Position numbers and translations under genes: made by a program. The notes beneath the pieces were generated by a model, which saw only the letters and a program-made list of their open reading frames with translations, had not been told where the DNA came from and ran no database searches. Of a stretch of 64,000 nucleotides of DNA, positions 48,797 through 60,972 are shown piece by piece. The stretch lies in contig JANNBC010000052.1 of NCBI GenBank assembly GCA_031385045.1, forward strand, positions 96,001 through 160,000. The letters are read 5' to 3'. Within the stretch, counting starts at the first letter, position 1; every line of letters begins with the position of its first letter. The stretch comes from a bacterium. Lineage in GTDB: Bacteria; Bdellovibrionota_C; UBA2361; CALJRW01.

Positions 48797-51025
48797 TTAC
48801 TTTTCCATTAAGTCACGCTCAACAACTTGCGCTGTCGGAGCTTTATGATGGCCTTCTCCATCACCATAAATTTGACCCAAGATTGGAGCGATTGCTAAAC
48901 CTACTAAGCAAGTAAGTTTGATTAAGATGTTCATTGATGGTCCAGAAGTATCCTTAAATGGATCGCCAACAGTGTCACCAGTTACTGCTGCTTTGTGAGC
49001 ATCAGAACCTTTGTATTCCATCTTGCCGTTAATCATAATCCCTTTTTCAAAAGATTTTTTAGCATTATCCCAAGCACCACCAGCATTAGACTGGAAGATT
49101 GCCCAAAGGACACCACTTACAGTAACACCAGCCATATAACCACCTAGAGCTTCAGGTCCCATAATGAAACCAACAAGAATTGGAGTAACTATTGTAATTG
49201 CACCAGGCATCATCATTTCGCGAATAGCAGCTTTAGTCGAAATTGCTACGCACTTGTTATACTCAGGTTTTCCAGTCCCTTCTAAGATTCCTGGAATTTC
49301 GCGGAATTGGCGACGAACTTCTTCCACCATATCCATCGCAGCACGTCCAACGGCACTCATTGCTAAGGCTGAGAAAACAACTGGAATCATACCACCAAGA
49401 AATAATGCTGCTAAAACTTTAGCATCAAAAATATTGATTCCATGAATTCCTGTGAACGTAACGTAGGCAGCAAATAATGCTAAGGCTGTTAGAGCAGCAG
49501 AAGCAATCGCAAAACCTTTACCAATAGCAGCAGTTGTATTTCCAACTGAGTCTAAGATATCAGTTCGCTCACGAACTTCTTTGGGAAGCTCACTCATCTC
49601 TGCAATACCACCAGCATTATCAGCGATTGGTCCAAAAGCATCGATTGCTAACTGCATTGCTGTTGTTGCCATCATGGCCGAAGCCGCAATACCAACACCA
49701 TAGAATCCAGCCATGGCATATGCTCCCCAGATTGCTCCAGCGAAAAGTACGATTGGCATCCACGTGGACATCATTCCAGTAGCAAGACCAGCAATAATAT
49801 TTGTTGCTGCTCCAGTAGCTGATTGTCTAACGATTGCTAATACTGGCTTAGTTCCCAGAGCTGTATAGTATTCAGTAATTGCCGAGATTGCTCCACCAAC
49901 ACCTAATCCAATTAAGACAGCATAGAAAACTCTAGTGGAAGTTGTCGCCATATTTACAAACTCGTTTCCAGAGAAAACAGTCATATTAATATTGGCCGGT
50001 AACATCCATTTAATTAAGAAGTAAGAAGCTACAGCAGTTAAGATTAAAGCAATCCAGTTGCCACGGTTTAAGGCTCCTTGAACTGTTTTCCCATCAGCGT
50101 TCTCATCGTTAACGCTAACAAAGTTCATCCCAATAATTGATAAAACAATTCCGATACCTGCAATAACTACTGGTAAAAGAATAGGCCCCATTCCACCAAA
50201 AGTATCAGTGTAATTAGGATTAGTAATTAATAGATCTCTAATTACATAGTTACCAAGAACCATTGAAGCTAAAACTGTCGCAACATAAGAACCAAATAAA
50301 TCAGCTCCCATTCCTGCTACATCTCCTACGTTGTCCCCAACATTATCAGCGATAGTCGCTGGGTTACGCGGGTCATCTTCTGGAATACCAGCTTCTACTT
50401 TACCAACAAGATCAGCTCCAACGTCGGCTGCCTTAGTGTAAATACCACCACCAACACGAGCAAAGAGAGCAATTGATTCTGCGCCCAGTGAGAAACCAGC
50501 AAGAGTTTCAAGGATGATAGTCATGTTTTCAACACCTGACCAAACGCCATCTGCTAACCAATAAAAAAGAATGGCAAACAGTGAGCTAAGTCCAAAAACT
50601 GCTAAGCCAGCAACTCCTAGACCCATTACACTTCCACCACGGAAAGAAACTTTTAGTGCTAGTGATAAGCTAGTTCGAGCTGCTTGAGTGGTGCGAACGT
50701 TTGCTTTAGTAGCAATACGCATTCCGATATTTCCAGCGACAGCGGAGAACACAGCACCAATCACAAATGATACAACGATAAACCAGTGAGTTGATTCAAC
50801 TAATGTTGAAAGATAACCCAAAGTTGCACCAGCGATAACGACAAAGACCGCTAACACGCGATACTCTGCAGCTAAGAATGCCATAGCACCTTCAGCAATT
50901 GCGCTAGCAATGCCTTTCATTTTGTCGTCACCAGCATCTTGCTTAACGACCCAAGAGGATAAAAATGCCATGTAAACAAGGCCTAGAATCCCAAATAGAG
51001 GAAGAATATAAATTAATTGAGACAT
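48797..51025 (-). CDS. hppA: Membrane-bound cation-translocating pyrophosphatase, K+-dependent type
   Basis: [47 protein letters not shown] (Ala variant), [14 protein letters not shown]. Confidence 0.95.
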   Translation of the reverse strand: MSQLIYILPLFGILGLVYMAFLSSWVVKQDAGDDKMKGIASAIAEGAMAFLAAEYRVLAVFVVIAGATLGYLSTLVESTHWFIVVSFVIGAVFSAVAGNIGMRIATKANVRTTQAARTSLSLALKVSFRGGSVMGLGVAGLAVFGLSSLFAILFYWLADGVWSGVENMTIILETLAGFSLGAESIALFARVGGGIYTKAADVGADLVGKVEAGIPEDDPRNPATIADNVGDNVGDVAGMGADLFGSYVATVLASMVLGNYVIRDLLITNPNYTDTFGGMGPILLPVVIAGIGIVLSIIGMNFVSVNDENADGKTVQGALNRGNWIALILTAVASYFLIKWMLPANINMTVFSGNEFVNMATTSTRVFYAVLIGLGVGGAISAITEYYTALGTKPVLAIVRQSATGAATNIIAGLATGMMSTWMPIVLFAGAIWGAYAMAGFYGVGIAASAMMATTAMQLAIDAFGPIADNAGGIAEMSELPKEVRERTDILDSVGNTTAAIGKGFAIASAALTALALFAAYVTFTGIHGINIFDAKVLAALFLGGMIPVVFSALAMSAVGRAAMDMVEEVRRQFREIPGILEGTGKPEYNKCVAISTKAAIREMMMPGAITIVTPILVGFIMGPEALGGYMAGVTVSGVLWAIFQSNAGGAWDNAKKSFEKGIMINGKMEYKGSDAHKAAVTGDTVGDPFKDTSGPSMNILIKLTCLVGLAIAPILGQIYGDGEGHHKAPTAQVVERDLMEK

Positions 51026-51439
51026 GATTTATTCTATAAAATATTTATAACTAAAGACCTGTTCTTAGGTCCTACGAATATCTAGAAAGGCAGTAAGCCT
51101 AGAAAAACTGCTGAATTTATTAGACATTTTTTCTAGGGTTGCTGAACTAACTACTCCGTAGAGCGGAAAGCCAAGTCTTAATTGACGAGCTTTTTTAGCA
51201 TCTACAGCCAAACCTGACAACCTTTTGGCTTGATTTAAATATATCTAAATTATGATGTTTTTTATTGTAATTCTAAATAGTTGGGGGTGTTTTTAACTCT
51301 ATTGATTCCACTCAGAACATTCCATATACATATTTACTCAGTTTAATAGCATCCAGAAGGTATAAATTTAATTCTTAGCTTATCCAAAAACTCCATTTAG
51401 AATATGGTGAATTTGTATTTCTATAAAATTCGAAAAGTC

Positions 51440-54400
51440 ATGAATCAGTCATCAAGTAAAAACCGTTTTGGAAAAAGTTTTAATTCACTTTGTTATGCTC
51501 TAACCGGTGGAGCCTTCAATGATAATTTTTTTAAAACAGTTTTAGCCTTATTCATTGCCAGTAATTATTCTGGTCAAAAACAAACTGCCTTAATCAGTTT
51601 AACTGGAGCAATGCTTGTTTTACCTTTTATACTTCTTTCGCCATTAGCTGGTTGGTTAGGGGATAAATTTAGCAAAACAAAAATTACAATTTTCACTCGG
51701 ATGGTCGAGCCGATTCTTGTGATCGTTGGAAGTTATTTTTTATTCCAGGGTAATACGATTGCCTTGCTAGCAGTTCTGTTCATGTTTGGATCACAAAGTG
51801 CTTTATTTAGCCCCAGTAAATATGGCCTGATTCCTGAACTTTTAAAAAAAGAGCAATTATCCGAAGGTAATGCTTATGTTGAGATTGCCACCTTTGTTGG
51901 AATCCTGATGGGTACAATGCTTGCTGGGCAAATTCAAGGATTTGAAAATAAGAATATTATTTCTACAATTATTCTTTTAACTGTGGCCTGTGGTTCCGTA
52001 TATTTTGCGTTTAGCATTAAGCACCAACCAGCGGCAAATCCACAAATCAAGTTTGAAAAAAATCCTTTTAGTTTTTTCTGGAGAACTTTCTCGGAGTTAA
52101 AACAGGATCGAGCACTTTTTTTAGTACTCTGCGCTAGTACCTGGTTTTGGTTTGTAGGCGCATTGGTCCAACTTTCAATTTTTATTTATGCGCGGGAGTT
52201 TCTAAATGCCACTTCTTATCAGACTGGAATCTTGCTGACATTTTTAACTGTAGGAGTGGGGTTAGGAAGTTTTCTTGCTGGCCGGCTATCTCATGGGCGA
52301 GTTGAATTGGGCATCGCACCAGTAGCACTTTTTGGTTTAGCACTTACTAGCTTTTGCATTGGACTTTTGCCACTGAAAATATTTTTAGCAACAATTATTT
52401 TTGCCGTGTTAGGGTTTTGTTCTGGATTATTTATTGTTCCGCTCAATGCTTATTTTCAAATGGCTAGTCCCTCCGAAAAACGGGGGGCTTATCTCGGTAC
52501 TGCTAATTTAGTTTTTAATATTGCTATTGTTTTAGCGAGCATCACACTTTGGTTATTTACCGGAATTCTTAATTTACCTGTTACATTCCTATATTTATTT
52601 GTCGGAATCAGTTCCTTAATTTTAATTTCAATCGCTTTTCGAGTCATGCCAGTATTAATTTTTAGATGCTTTAGTTGGATACTTTGTAATAGTATCTATC
52701 GCTTAAAAATTGTGGGGGATGAAAATATTCCTAAGATTGGTGGCGGGTTACTTGTTTGTAATCATATCTCTTATCTGGATGCAATCTTTATTCTGGCAGC
52801 GGCTAAGCGACCAGTTAGATTTATTATGTATAAGCCGTTTACCGAGTTGCCAGTGATCGGAAGATTAGTGAAGGCCATGTCGGTAATTCCAATTAATGAA
52901 AAAGATGCTACCTCGGAAATTCGAAAGGCTTTAAAGCAAGCGAAGGAAGCAATTCAACAGGGTGAACTAGTTTGTATCTTTGCTGAAGGACAACTTTCGC
53001 GTCATGGAAATATGACAGCATTCCTTAGAGGAATGGAATTAATTACTAAAGGACTGAGCGAGCCAATTATCCCAATTCATCTTGATCAAATCTGGGGTAG
53101 CATTTTTAGCTTTGAAAGTGGTAAGACTATTTGGAAGTTACCAAAACAAATTCCTTATCCATTAACAGTTAGCTTTGGAAAGCCACTCTCAGCTAACACT
53201 TCTGCCTTTGATGTTCGTCAAAAAGTTGCCACTCTGGGAGTGGATTCCTATTACCTCAGAAAAGTTTATCAGGAGCGTTTAGATTATCGCTTTTTACAAT
53301 CAATTTCACGCTTACGTTTTAAAAGAATGATGTCTGATAGTTCTGGCAAGTCTTTAATTGGCTGTAAGTTCTTGGCCACAACTTTAGCCTTAGTTTCCTA
53401 TTTAAAAGCTCGCTTGCTGAATCAAACTAACGTTGGAGTTTTACTTCCAAGTGGAATTACTGGAGCAAAGATTAATGTCGCTTTGATGCTTGCTGGTAAA
53501 GTTGCCGTTAATTTAAATTACACTGCTTCAGCCGAAGGGATTGCCTCTGCAATAAAACAAGCGGGAATTAAAACCGTCATCTCTGCTAATAAATTTTTAG
53601 ATACTTTAAAGTTAGTTTTGCCCGAAGATGTTAAATTAATTGATCTTGAAAAAGGTCTCGAGGAAATTACCACTGGGGCTAAAATCAAGTCTTTCTTAGT
53701 AAGTTTACTGCCACTTTTTCTGCTAAAGATCTTTTTGCTAAATCGCCGAGATTCTTCACAAGATACTGCTACAATTATTTTTTCTAGCGGAAGCTCAGGT
53801 GAGCCAAAAGGTGTGGTCTTAAGTCATGCTAATATTAGTTCTAACATTCAAGGAGTCTTTCAAGTTGGCGAGGTCACAAGCAAAGATTCTATGTTGGGAG
53901 TTCTGCCGTTTTTTCATTCCTTTGGCTATAGCATTACATTATGGTTCCCATTACTTGCTGGGATACCGGTGATTTATCATAATAATCCGATGGATGCTGG
54001 AACGATTGGAGAGCTAGCTGAAAAATATCAGACTACGATGTTACTTTCTACTCCAACTTTTTTAAGTGCTTACATTCGCAAGTGTAAGGAAGAACAATTT
54101 AAATCACTTCGCTTAGTAATTGTTGGTGCCGAAAAGTTACCTGAAGTTACGGCTAGTAAATTTACTGAAAAATTTGGGGTAACTCCCTATGAAGGTTATG
54201 GGTGCACAGAGTTAGCTCCAGTAATTAGCTTAAATGTTCCTAATCGCCAAGACTCTTTAGTAAATCAAATTGGTAATAAGCCTGGAAAGGCCGGCCATCC
54301 ACTTCCAAATATTTCCCTTAAGATTTTAGATCCGGAAACTCGTGCCGAGCTGGGTGTGAATCAGAATGGATTGGTGCTCGTTAAGAGTCCGAGTGTAATG

Positions 54401-54847
54401 AAAGGTTATTTAAACAATCCTATAAAAACAGCCGAAGTTATGGATGGCGAATGGTATATTACAGGTGATATTGGAAATTTAGATGAAGATGGATTTTTAG
54501 AAATTACAGGAAGAGTAACCCGCTTTAGTAAAATCGCCGGAGAGATGGTTCCTCATGAAGCTATTGAAAGTGCAATTTTAGTCGCCTTAAATACCAGCGA
54601 TAAAGTTGTTGCTGTGACTTCTGTCGGAGATGAGAAACGGGGTGAGAAAATTTGCGTACTTTATACTATTGAGCTTGATATTAAACTAATGATTGATGCA
54701 CTAAGTAATCAAGGATTACCAAATCTTTGGATACCAAAGAAAGATGCTTGGATTAAAGTTTCGGAGATCCCAGTGTTAGGAAGCGGTAAATTAGATTTGA
54801 AAGAGATCAAGCGTCAAGCCGAGGATGCGGCGCAAAAAGATAGCTAA
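51440..54847 (+). CDS. aas: Aas-like MFS / lysophospholipid acyltransferase / acyl-ACP synthetase fusion
   Basis: GAFNDN and FSPSKYG MFS domain, NHISYLD and FAEG acyltransferase motifs, SSGSSGEPKG and YGCTE AMP-binding motifs; start 51440 or 51404. Confidence 0.92.
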   Translation: MNQSSSKNRFGKSFNSLCYALTGGAFNDNFFKTVLALFIASNYSGQKQTALISLTGAMLVLPFILLSPLAGWLGDKFSKTKITIFTRMVEPILVIVGSYFLFQGNTIALLAVLFMFGSQSALFSPSKYGLIPELLKKEQLSEGNAYVEIATFVGILMGTMLAGQIQGFENKNIISTIILLTVACGSVYFAFSIKHQPAANPQIKFEKNPFSFFWRTFSELKQDRALFLVLCASTWFWFVGALVQLSIFIYAREFLNATSYQTGILLTFLTVGVGLGSFLAGRLSHGRVELGIAPVALFGLALTSFCIGLLPLKIFLATIIFAVLGFCSGLFIVPLNAYFQMASPSEKRGAYLGTANLVFNIAIVLASITLWLFTGILNLPVTFLYLFVGISSLILISIAFRVMPVLIFRCFSWILCNSIYRLKIVGDENIPKIGGGLLVCNHISYLDAIFILAAAKRPVRFIMYKPFTELPVIGRLVKAMSVIPINEKDATSEIRKALKQAKEAIQQGELVCIFAEGQLSRHGNMTAFLRGMELITKGLSEPIIPIHLDQIWGSIFSFESGKTIWKLPKQIPYPLTVSFGKPLSANTSAFDVRQKVATLGVDSYYLRKVYQERLDYRFLQSISRLRFKRMMSDSSGKSLIGCKFLATTLALVSYLKARLLNQTNVGVLLPSGITGAKINVALMLAGKVAVNLNYTASAEGIASAIKQAGIKTVISANKFLDTLKLVLPEDVKLIDLEKGLEEITTGAKIKSFLVSLLPLFLLKIFLLNRRDSSQDTATIIFSSGSSGEPKGVVLSHANISSNIQGVFQVGEVTSKDSMLGVLPFFHSFGYSITLWFPLLAGIPVIYHNNPMDAGTIGELAEKYQTTMLLSTPTFLSAYIRKCKEEQFKSLRLVIVGAEKLPEVTASKFTEKFGVTPYEGYGCTELAPVISLNVPNRQDSLVNQIGNKPGKAGHPLPNISLKILDPETRAELGVNQNGLVLVKSPSVMKGYLNNPIKTAEVMDGEWYITGDIGNLDEDGFLEITGRVTRFSKIAGEMVPHEAIESAILVALNTSDKVVAVTSVGDEKRGEKICVLYTIELDIKLMIDALSNQGLPNLWIPKKDAWIKVSEIPVLGSGKLDLKEIKRQAEDAAQKDS

Positions 54848-54862
54848 TAATCTTTTGTTGTT

Positions 54863-57800
54863 TTATTTAAAATTATACATGTCCGCAAAGAACCCACTAA
54901 CTCCGCCTGCTGATTTATAACGATCATTATAGTCAAAGATCGGAGGGTGTCCCCAGGCTGCCTTTCGACCCATCAGGTCAGCTGCCAGAACTGAACCAAA
55001 GTTAGCTGGCCAGTTAACGTGACGGTAATTTGAACCCCAGCTGGAGTTGTCTTGATATGGTTCATAGTAGTGACGAATGCCCCATTCAGGTAGTCCAATC
55101 TGATTAGGAGTGTAGCCAAGGTTGTTTGGGTTACGCTTTCCTGGTATCGGTGTACCATCACGTTGTTTGTCTTGATAAACTTCCTTTTCTGAAACATAGA
55201 ACGTAGTCATATCTTCCTGAAAATATTCTGGGTGTTTTCCTACGAACTCCAGCAAAGTTGGATCGTTTAGAGCTACAGCGGCTAAGAAAGCAGGAAACTT
55301 CCGCCCACTTCGCTGACCACCATCATGATAGAAGTTCCCTCCGTTGGTACGATAATTCCAAATGTCTATACCGGCTTGAATCGTCTGAATCATAGCTTTT
55401 TCTTTTTCTTCTTGAGACTTATCAAGTTGTAACCACAAACCCACTTTACCCCATTTTATAGCGATTTCTCGCCCGTAAGTAGACCAAATATTTCTGCTTG
55501 GATCAATATAGCGAGTGGCTACATTAGTCTCCCCAATGTATATTCCAGATACTACGTGACCATCCCACTCAAACCATGGTAACGCTGGAAGTCTTTCTTC
55601 AATGTAAGCCTGACTTGGCGCACTAGCGGGAATTGGACGAAATTTTTTCAGCACATTCCAGTTAATCTGACTCTTATTCCATTTCACGGCATGATTTGCT
55701 CCGAAAAGTCCGGTACGAAAACTTCCCCTATCTGGTGCCGTGGTTAGAACAGTTAATACACAAACGCGATCAACATAATTCGGGTACTTATTTGAAGGAC
55801 GTGTAATAGAAGAAACTAAGGCATCATTACCATTAATTGTAAGGGGTAGTTGCAAGGCAACATTTTTCGATGCCTGGTAAGAGGTTGCTGCTAAACCTAT
55901 ACCGTTACTTTCAAAACCCTGATGTGTACCAGCAATCGGATTTAGCATTGAGCCATTTTGAACATTGGTCACGCTTTCAGATGGGTTTGGACTGATGGCA
56001 GTTACAGTTACTGGACCTAAGACCCAAGGCTCTCCATTGGCAAAAGTTCCCATTGGACGAGGGTTAGAAAAAGTCCAAGTAATGCCGTAATGAGTGACAG
56101 ATGAAACTGAGTTGCCCTAGACAATACAAGAACTATCTCCAGCATTTTCAAATCCATTATTACATTCTTTCACTATACAATGAGTCCCCCAATTACTCCA
56201 ATTTCCATTGATACATGATCTAGTTAGTACTCCAGTTCCATTAGGTATAGAGCAACTTTTTGTTGACTCGCCAATACAGCTGATTGGTGGAGGAGAAGTT
56301 GGTACTGGAGTTGGAGTAGCAACAGGTGTTGGATAAGGAGTCGGATTAGTGCCTGGTGTATTGATTGTAATTGGATTTGTAATATTAGAAACTATTTGGC
56401 TCCCAGTAACGGCGTACAGACTAAAAAAGTTTAGTTGTGAAGTTCCTAATTGCGTCTCTCGAAAAGGATAATTAGTGGCAATTTGAAAAACTTCCCCAGA
56501 ATCATTCTGCACTGTTACGGAGTATTTTTTATATAATAAATGTACATCCATTGTTACCAAATATTCTTTTCCAGAAACATAGTTCATTGCTTGAACAGCG
56601 GAGTATACAGTTCCATTTCTAGCATCAACCTTACCATTGCTGGCAAATCTTAAAGTTGTTGCTAGTGAATCATATCCATTGGCAATTCCATTAGATAGTC
56701 CAGTTAAAGAATCAATATTATTGCCCTGCGGAATGGTTTTATATGTAATACGAAAACTTCCTGTTTGCAGGGCAATTGCTTTGCTTTGCCAGACGCCTGA
56801 ACTTCTTAACTCTGTTGGCGTAGGACTTGGAGCTGGAGGTGTAGGAGTAGTTGCTGGAGGATTTATACTTTGGGGATTAGAAAATGAAAGAAGTTGATGA
56901 CTTCCAATATAGGCATAAGAGCTAAGATTATTTAACTGTGTCACATTAGAACCTGCCCCAGAAGGCAAGATGCGAAAATTATAATTATTAGCAATTGAAA
57001 AAGTTTGCCCTTGATCATTTGCAACTGTAATTGAGTACTTTTTGGTTGTAAGATGAACATCCATCGTTACAAAATATTCTTTTCCAGCCACATAACTAAC
57101 ATTCTGTTCTGCCGTGTAAGCTCCACCGTTTATAGCATCAATTTTTCCATTACTAGCAAATCTGACTGTAGTAGCTAAGGAGTCATACCAATTAGCTGTA
57201 CCGTTTGATAAGCCTGTTACCGAGTCCATATTATTATTTAGGGGCTTAGCTTTAAAAGTAACTCGAAAACTTCCTGATTGATTTGTAAAGTTTCTGTTTT
57301 GCCAAGAATTTGAAATTGTTAAATCTGGTAATATTGTTGGTGTTGGAGAAATAGTAGGAATTGGTGTACCAGTTGCTTGCGGTGTAGGAGTAATACTTGG
57401 AATCGGAGTACTAGTTGGTTTTGCTGATGGATTCGGATTTGGATTTACTGTTGAAACTGGTGTTGGCTCTATGACGGGAAGAGTTGCCGGAATTCTAACC
57501 TTTAGAGCGAGTGAGTAGTCAGACACTAAACTAACATTGTGGAATTTCTTTAGAGCAACAACTTTAACGAAATAGTCAAAATTATTAGATAGATTAGTTA
57601 AGATAACTTTGTGATTAGTAGTTCTGGCCAGTTCTTTAAAGCTCGCACCGTTATCACTACTTAAATATACTATGTAGGCATCAGCATCACCACTATAGCT
57701 TAGCTCTTTGGAGCTATTTGAGAAATTAACACCACTAGGAACTCTAGGAGCTTGTTGATTTTGCACTTCAGTACAGACTGACAGATATGCTGTATCTAGA

Positions 57801-58528
57801 ACCTGTCCGTAATTAGTGAAAAATAAAGCATATTCCCTGGCTAATTGTACTTTTAAGATCTCTTGATTTAAGGCCTTTAAGCCAGACGTGTTATTATTTG
57901 CTCTTAACTTTTGACGCTTTGCTTCTAATTCTCTTAACTCACTCTCCGTCTTCTTAATTACTTTGTTCTCTGATAAGTAACCAAGATAGCTATTAATAGA
58001 ATCACTAATCGAATATCCGGTAATTTGGTGATTAGGATTAACTTGGGGAGTAGAACCACAAGTTAAAATTTGATCATCGAGAAGAATTTTTACTCCAGAT
58101 TCTAACTTAACTTTCTTGCCTCCAATCTCTAAGCGTGGAAGGCATGCTTTAGTTGCAACTGGCGGAGTAAAATTTAAAATTTTAGCGACCAATTTTTCGA
58201 AACTATCCTTAAGATATGCCTTTTGTAATTTAGTTTGAAAAATGGAAAGGCCACTAAATATCTTCTTGGCTTCTCCTGGCTTTTCAGAAGCTAGATCGAT
58301 AAATTCATCTTTACAAATACTTAAGTTTAGAGCACCAGCAATTTCTAGCGAAGGTAATACAATTTTTGTTAATTTTGACTTTGGTTTAATTAATGTTTCG
58401 GTGTTTTGAAATAAGGAGAAATTAGGAGCTCCAAGAGACGAGAGCAGGCAAGTAAGCGATATTAAAAACAAAAATACCCAAACCTTAGCTTTCGTAGAAC
58501 TAAGAAAATTGTTTGAAATATTATTCAT
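54863..58528 (-). pseudogene. Large secreted multidomain protein split by one in-frame TAG at 56117-56119 (pseudogene, readthrough or sequence error)
   Basis: ORFs 56117-58528 and 54863-56053 share a frame; the junction reads SSCIV*GNSVSSVTHYGITWTFSNPRPMGTFANG; signal/TM, FN3-like segment, PT linkers, two ~140-aa repeats. Confidence 0.7.
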
Positions 58529-58769
58529 CCCAGCACTATCAAATTAAATAGATGATCAAAATACCTCAAATTAAGGTGTAAAACTCCTATGACTTGAGAT
58601 GCCTATCAAGCAAAAAATGATTCAAATAGCCAATGCTGGGTAATAAACTATCTTTAAATAATACTTTGCCTTATTTTTAGCCATTCAAATTTTGATCTTT
58701 GTCCTTCATCATCTTGGCCAAGAGGGGGGTTAAAATCTGCTTGCAAGATGCAATTGAATTAAAAATTAA

Positions 58770-59747
58770 TTAGTATACTAGTAGTGATGGCCCACCGGAG
58801 TAACTTTGTAAGTTTGTTGGATCCTTCTTCACGGCTTTTAGTTTAAATGTTCCTTGCCAGCCATTTCCATTTCCTGATTGGCTGATAAAATCAGCAATAA
58901 TAAATTCTTTAATGATAATATCGCTATTACCATTAGTAAAATTACTAGTCAGAACTAACTTTAAGTTTGTATTTAATCCATGATCCAATAAATATTTGAA
59001 GCCTTCACTCACACCAGCAAAGCCTGTCCCAGGACTCTCCGGTGCACCGATCGCAATCGGAGCACTACAAACTCCATTGATGATGTTGTATTGGTAAGCA
59101 TCAGCGCTAGAGTTATTACCTCCAAGGTCAATTTTACCCCAATTGCCAGAAGCGCCCTTGCCTATAGTGAAGTTACTACCGATTTGTACGGCTAGGGATT
59201 CTTGAGGGGTGCCATAGTTGTTATAGATACTACTCTCTCCGATACCAAAGGGCTTATTGCAGTCAGAAACAATAATATTGTTATTAACGGCAACGGAATC
59301 TAAGGCGAGATTAAACAAATTAAATTGAAATATTTTAGCAAAGTATGTTGTGACATCTCTTTTAGTCAAAACATTAACCGCATTAACAAAATTACCGACA
59401 CAACTTTGGCAAAGGCAATTTGCACATCCAGGAACACAAGGGGTAAAGGTTTTATTCGAGGTATTCCAGGTTCCACATTGTACACCAGTGATCTCACCCG
59501 GGTTAATATTATTTGCTTGGGCAATCAGCCTAGCTTCCTGATCAATTCGAGCATTGAGTGTATTGGGAACGAGACTTGTTCCCAGAAGTTTTACTCCGGC
59601 TTGAGCCCCAGCATCAGCTGCGGAATGGATTACTCTTTGGTTCCAGAGAGCAACAGAGATGTCGACTGCAATGGCAGCAACACCGCACATCGCGGCACTA
59701 AGTAGTAATACTATTATTAGAACATATCCGTTCTCACGTTCGTACAT
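58770..59747 (-). CDS. TadG-like Flp pilus assembly protein
   Basis: ENGYVLII...AIAVDIS...AADAGAQAG Tad domain; VTTYFAKIF; GNWG. Confidence 0.85.
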   Translation of the reverse strand: MYERENGYVLIIVLLLSAAMCGVAAIAVDISVALWNQRVIHSAADAGAQAGVKLLGTSLVPNTLNARIDQEARLIAQANNINPGEITGVQCGTWNTSNKTFTPCVPGCANCLCQSCVGNFVNAVNVLTKRDVTTYFAKIFQFNLFNLALDSVAVNNNIIVSDCNKPFGIGESSIYNNYGTPQESLAVQIGSNFTIGKGASGNWGKIDLGGNNSSADAYQYNIINGVCSAPIAIGAPESPGTGFAGVSEGFKYLLDHGLNTNLKLVLTSNFTNGNSDIIIKEFIIADFISQSGNGNGWQGTFKLKAVKKDPTNLQSYSGGPSLLVY

Positions 59748-59763
59748 TTGCCATCCATTTAAA

Positions 59764-60174
59764 TTATCTCATCACAGCGGAGGAGTTAATCTGAATAACT
59801 CCATTCTGTCCTGGTATAATATTTGCAAATACCAACGGCAGATTATATGCAATCTCAACTTTAGTTGCGGCTTGACCATTCACTATAAAGTTAGGATCAA
59901 TATTAATATTTGTTACATTACTAGTCTCAAGAGAGGGGACAATTGTGGAGTTGATAATATTTTGCACGGCTTGTGATTGAGCTTGGGCATTCGCATGAGG
60001 TAGAATCGCAGTCCGAACTGCAACTTGAGAAGCATTTTCTAAAACAATCCTTGCTGATAGATACATTCCATACTGTATAATACCACTGACGAATAGCAAT
60101 AATATTGGCAGTACGATTGCTGCTTCGATATAGATACCACCAAATTGTTGATGTTGATGGTATTGCAATTTCAT
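59764..60174 (-). CDS. TadE-like pseudopilin
   Basis: GGIYIEAAIVLPILLLFVSGIIQYG...NASQVAVR. Confidence 0.85.
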   Translation of the reverse strand: MKLQYHQHQQFGGIYIEAAIVLPILLLFVSGIIQYGMYLSARIVLENASQVAVRTAILPHANAQAQSQAVQNIINSTIVPSLETSNVTNINIDPNFIVNGQAATKVEIAYNLPLVFANIIPGQNGVIQINSSAVMR

Positions 60175-60962
60175 TATTTTGTTTTGTTTATTTGTTGATT
60201 CACAACGTTAGCTTGTTCTTGTTTAAGTGCGATATCTTGAGCTCTTAATTTTAACATCACTTCTTTATTGATCAGTTGGCCATTATTTAGAATGTAACTT
60301 TTTCCACCCAATTCTACTTCTTCGGTTGGATTTTCAGTTGCCGAGATGCCCAATAATTGCCCCGTCTCAGTTGTTTCCACGCCCTGTAATTCTAAGTCCC
60401 CATCACCTCTGAGGCTTAAACTTAAAGAGCCGGGAGATTTTTTTGCTAATTGAATTTTCTGAGAGTCAGCAATCGTGGCTAATAACGTTACATGTTCCGC
60501 TTGAACACTAACGCCATTAACTGCCCCAAGTGGCGCGCTATTTTTATCAGTGCGACGACCCGCAGAAAGGACGTGTGCATTTTCAACTATTGTTACTGCC
60601 ATCGGTTGACCATCTACAATCGTCGTCCAGACTACATCAACCCTAACTCCTGGAGCCACCCAACCCTCAACTCCACTAATTGGATCGACTGGGATTGCCA
60701 CAGCTCTGTGTCCCTTAGGAATTTTAGCAGTGATATCATAACTCACTGGTTCTGGTAGTCCACCTTCAGGAAGCGCTTTCGGCTCATCTTTAACGTAAAC
60801 AACTTTGCTCTCCGTGTTTTGAGCACTCATCAATAGATACATTAGCGCCATGATCATTGCTAGCATAGCAAGGAAAAGTATTGTGAGGAGCGCGCGCTCT
60901 TTATTTACCATGTGATGCTCTGGTGATTTATTACTAATACTCGATGTTCCGTAAAAACTCAT
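60174..60962 (-). CDS. cpaB: Flp pilus assembly protein CpaB/RcpC
   Basis: IPKGHRAVAIPVDPISGVEGWVAPGVRVDVV, VLSA, VTLL, LSLSLR; start may be 60911. Confidence 0.88.
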   Translation of the reverse strand: MSFYGTSSISNKSPEHHMVNKERALLTILFLAMLAMIMALMYLLMSAQNTESKVVYVKDEPKALPEGGLPEPVSYDITAKIPKGHRAVAIPVDPISGVEGWVAPGVRVDVVWTTIVDGQPMAVTIVENAHVLSAGRRTDKNSAPLGAVNGVSVQAEHVTLLATIADSQKIQLAKKSPGSLSLSLRGDGDLELQGVETTETGQLLGISATENPTEEVELGGKSYILNNGQLINKEVMLKLRAQDIALKQEQANVVNQQINKTK

Positions 60963-60972
60963 TTTTATTTTC

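Noticed and set aside
51026..51250. Possible riboswitch or leader peptide upstream of hppA
   Set aside because: Hairpins and a short open frame exist, but I cannot match a known riboswitch consensus or a convincing start; an Rfam scan is needed
19340..56119. Alternative genetic code suggested by in-frame TGA and TAG
   Set aside because: Conserved genes end at expected positions with TGA (mazG, epimerase) and TAG (xseA, xseB, lipB), and Trp is TGG in the genes checked
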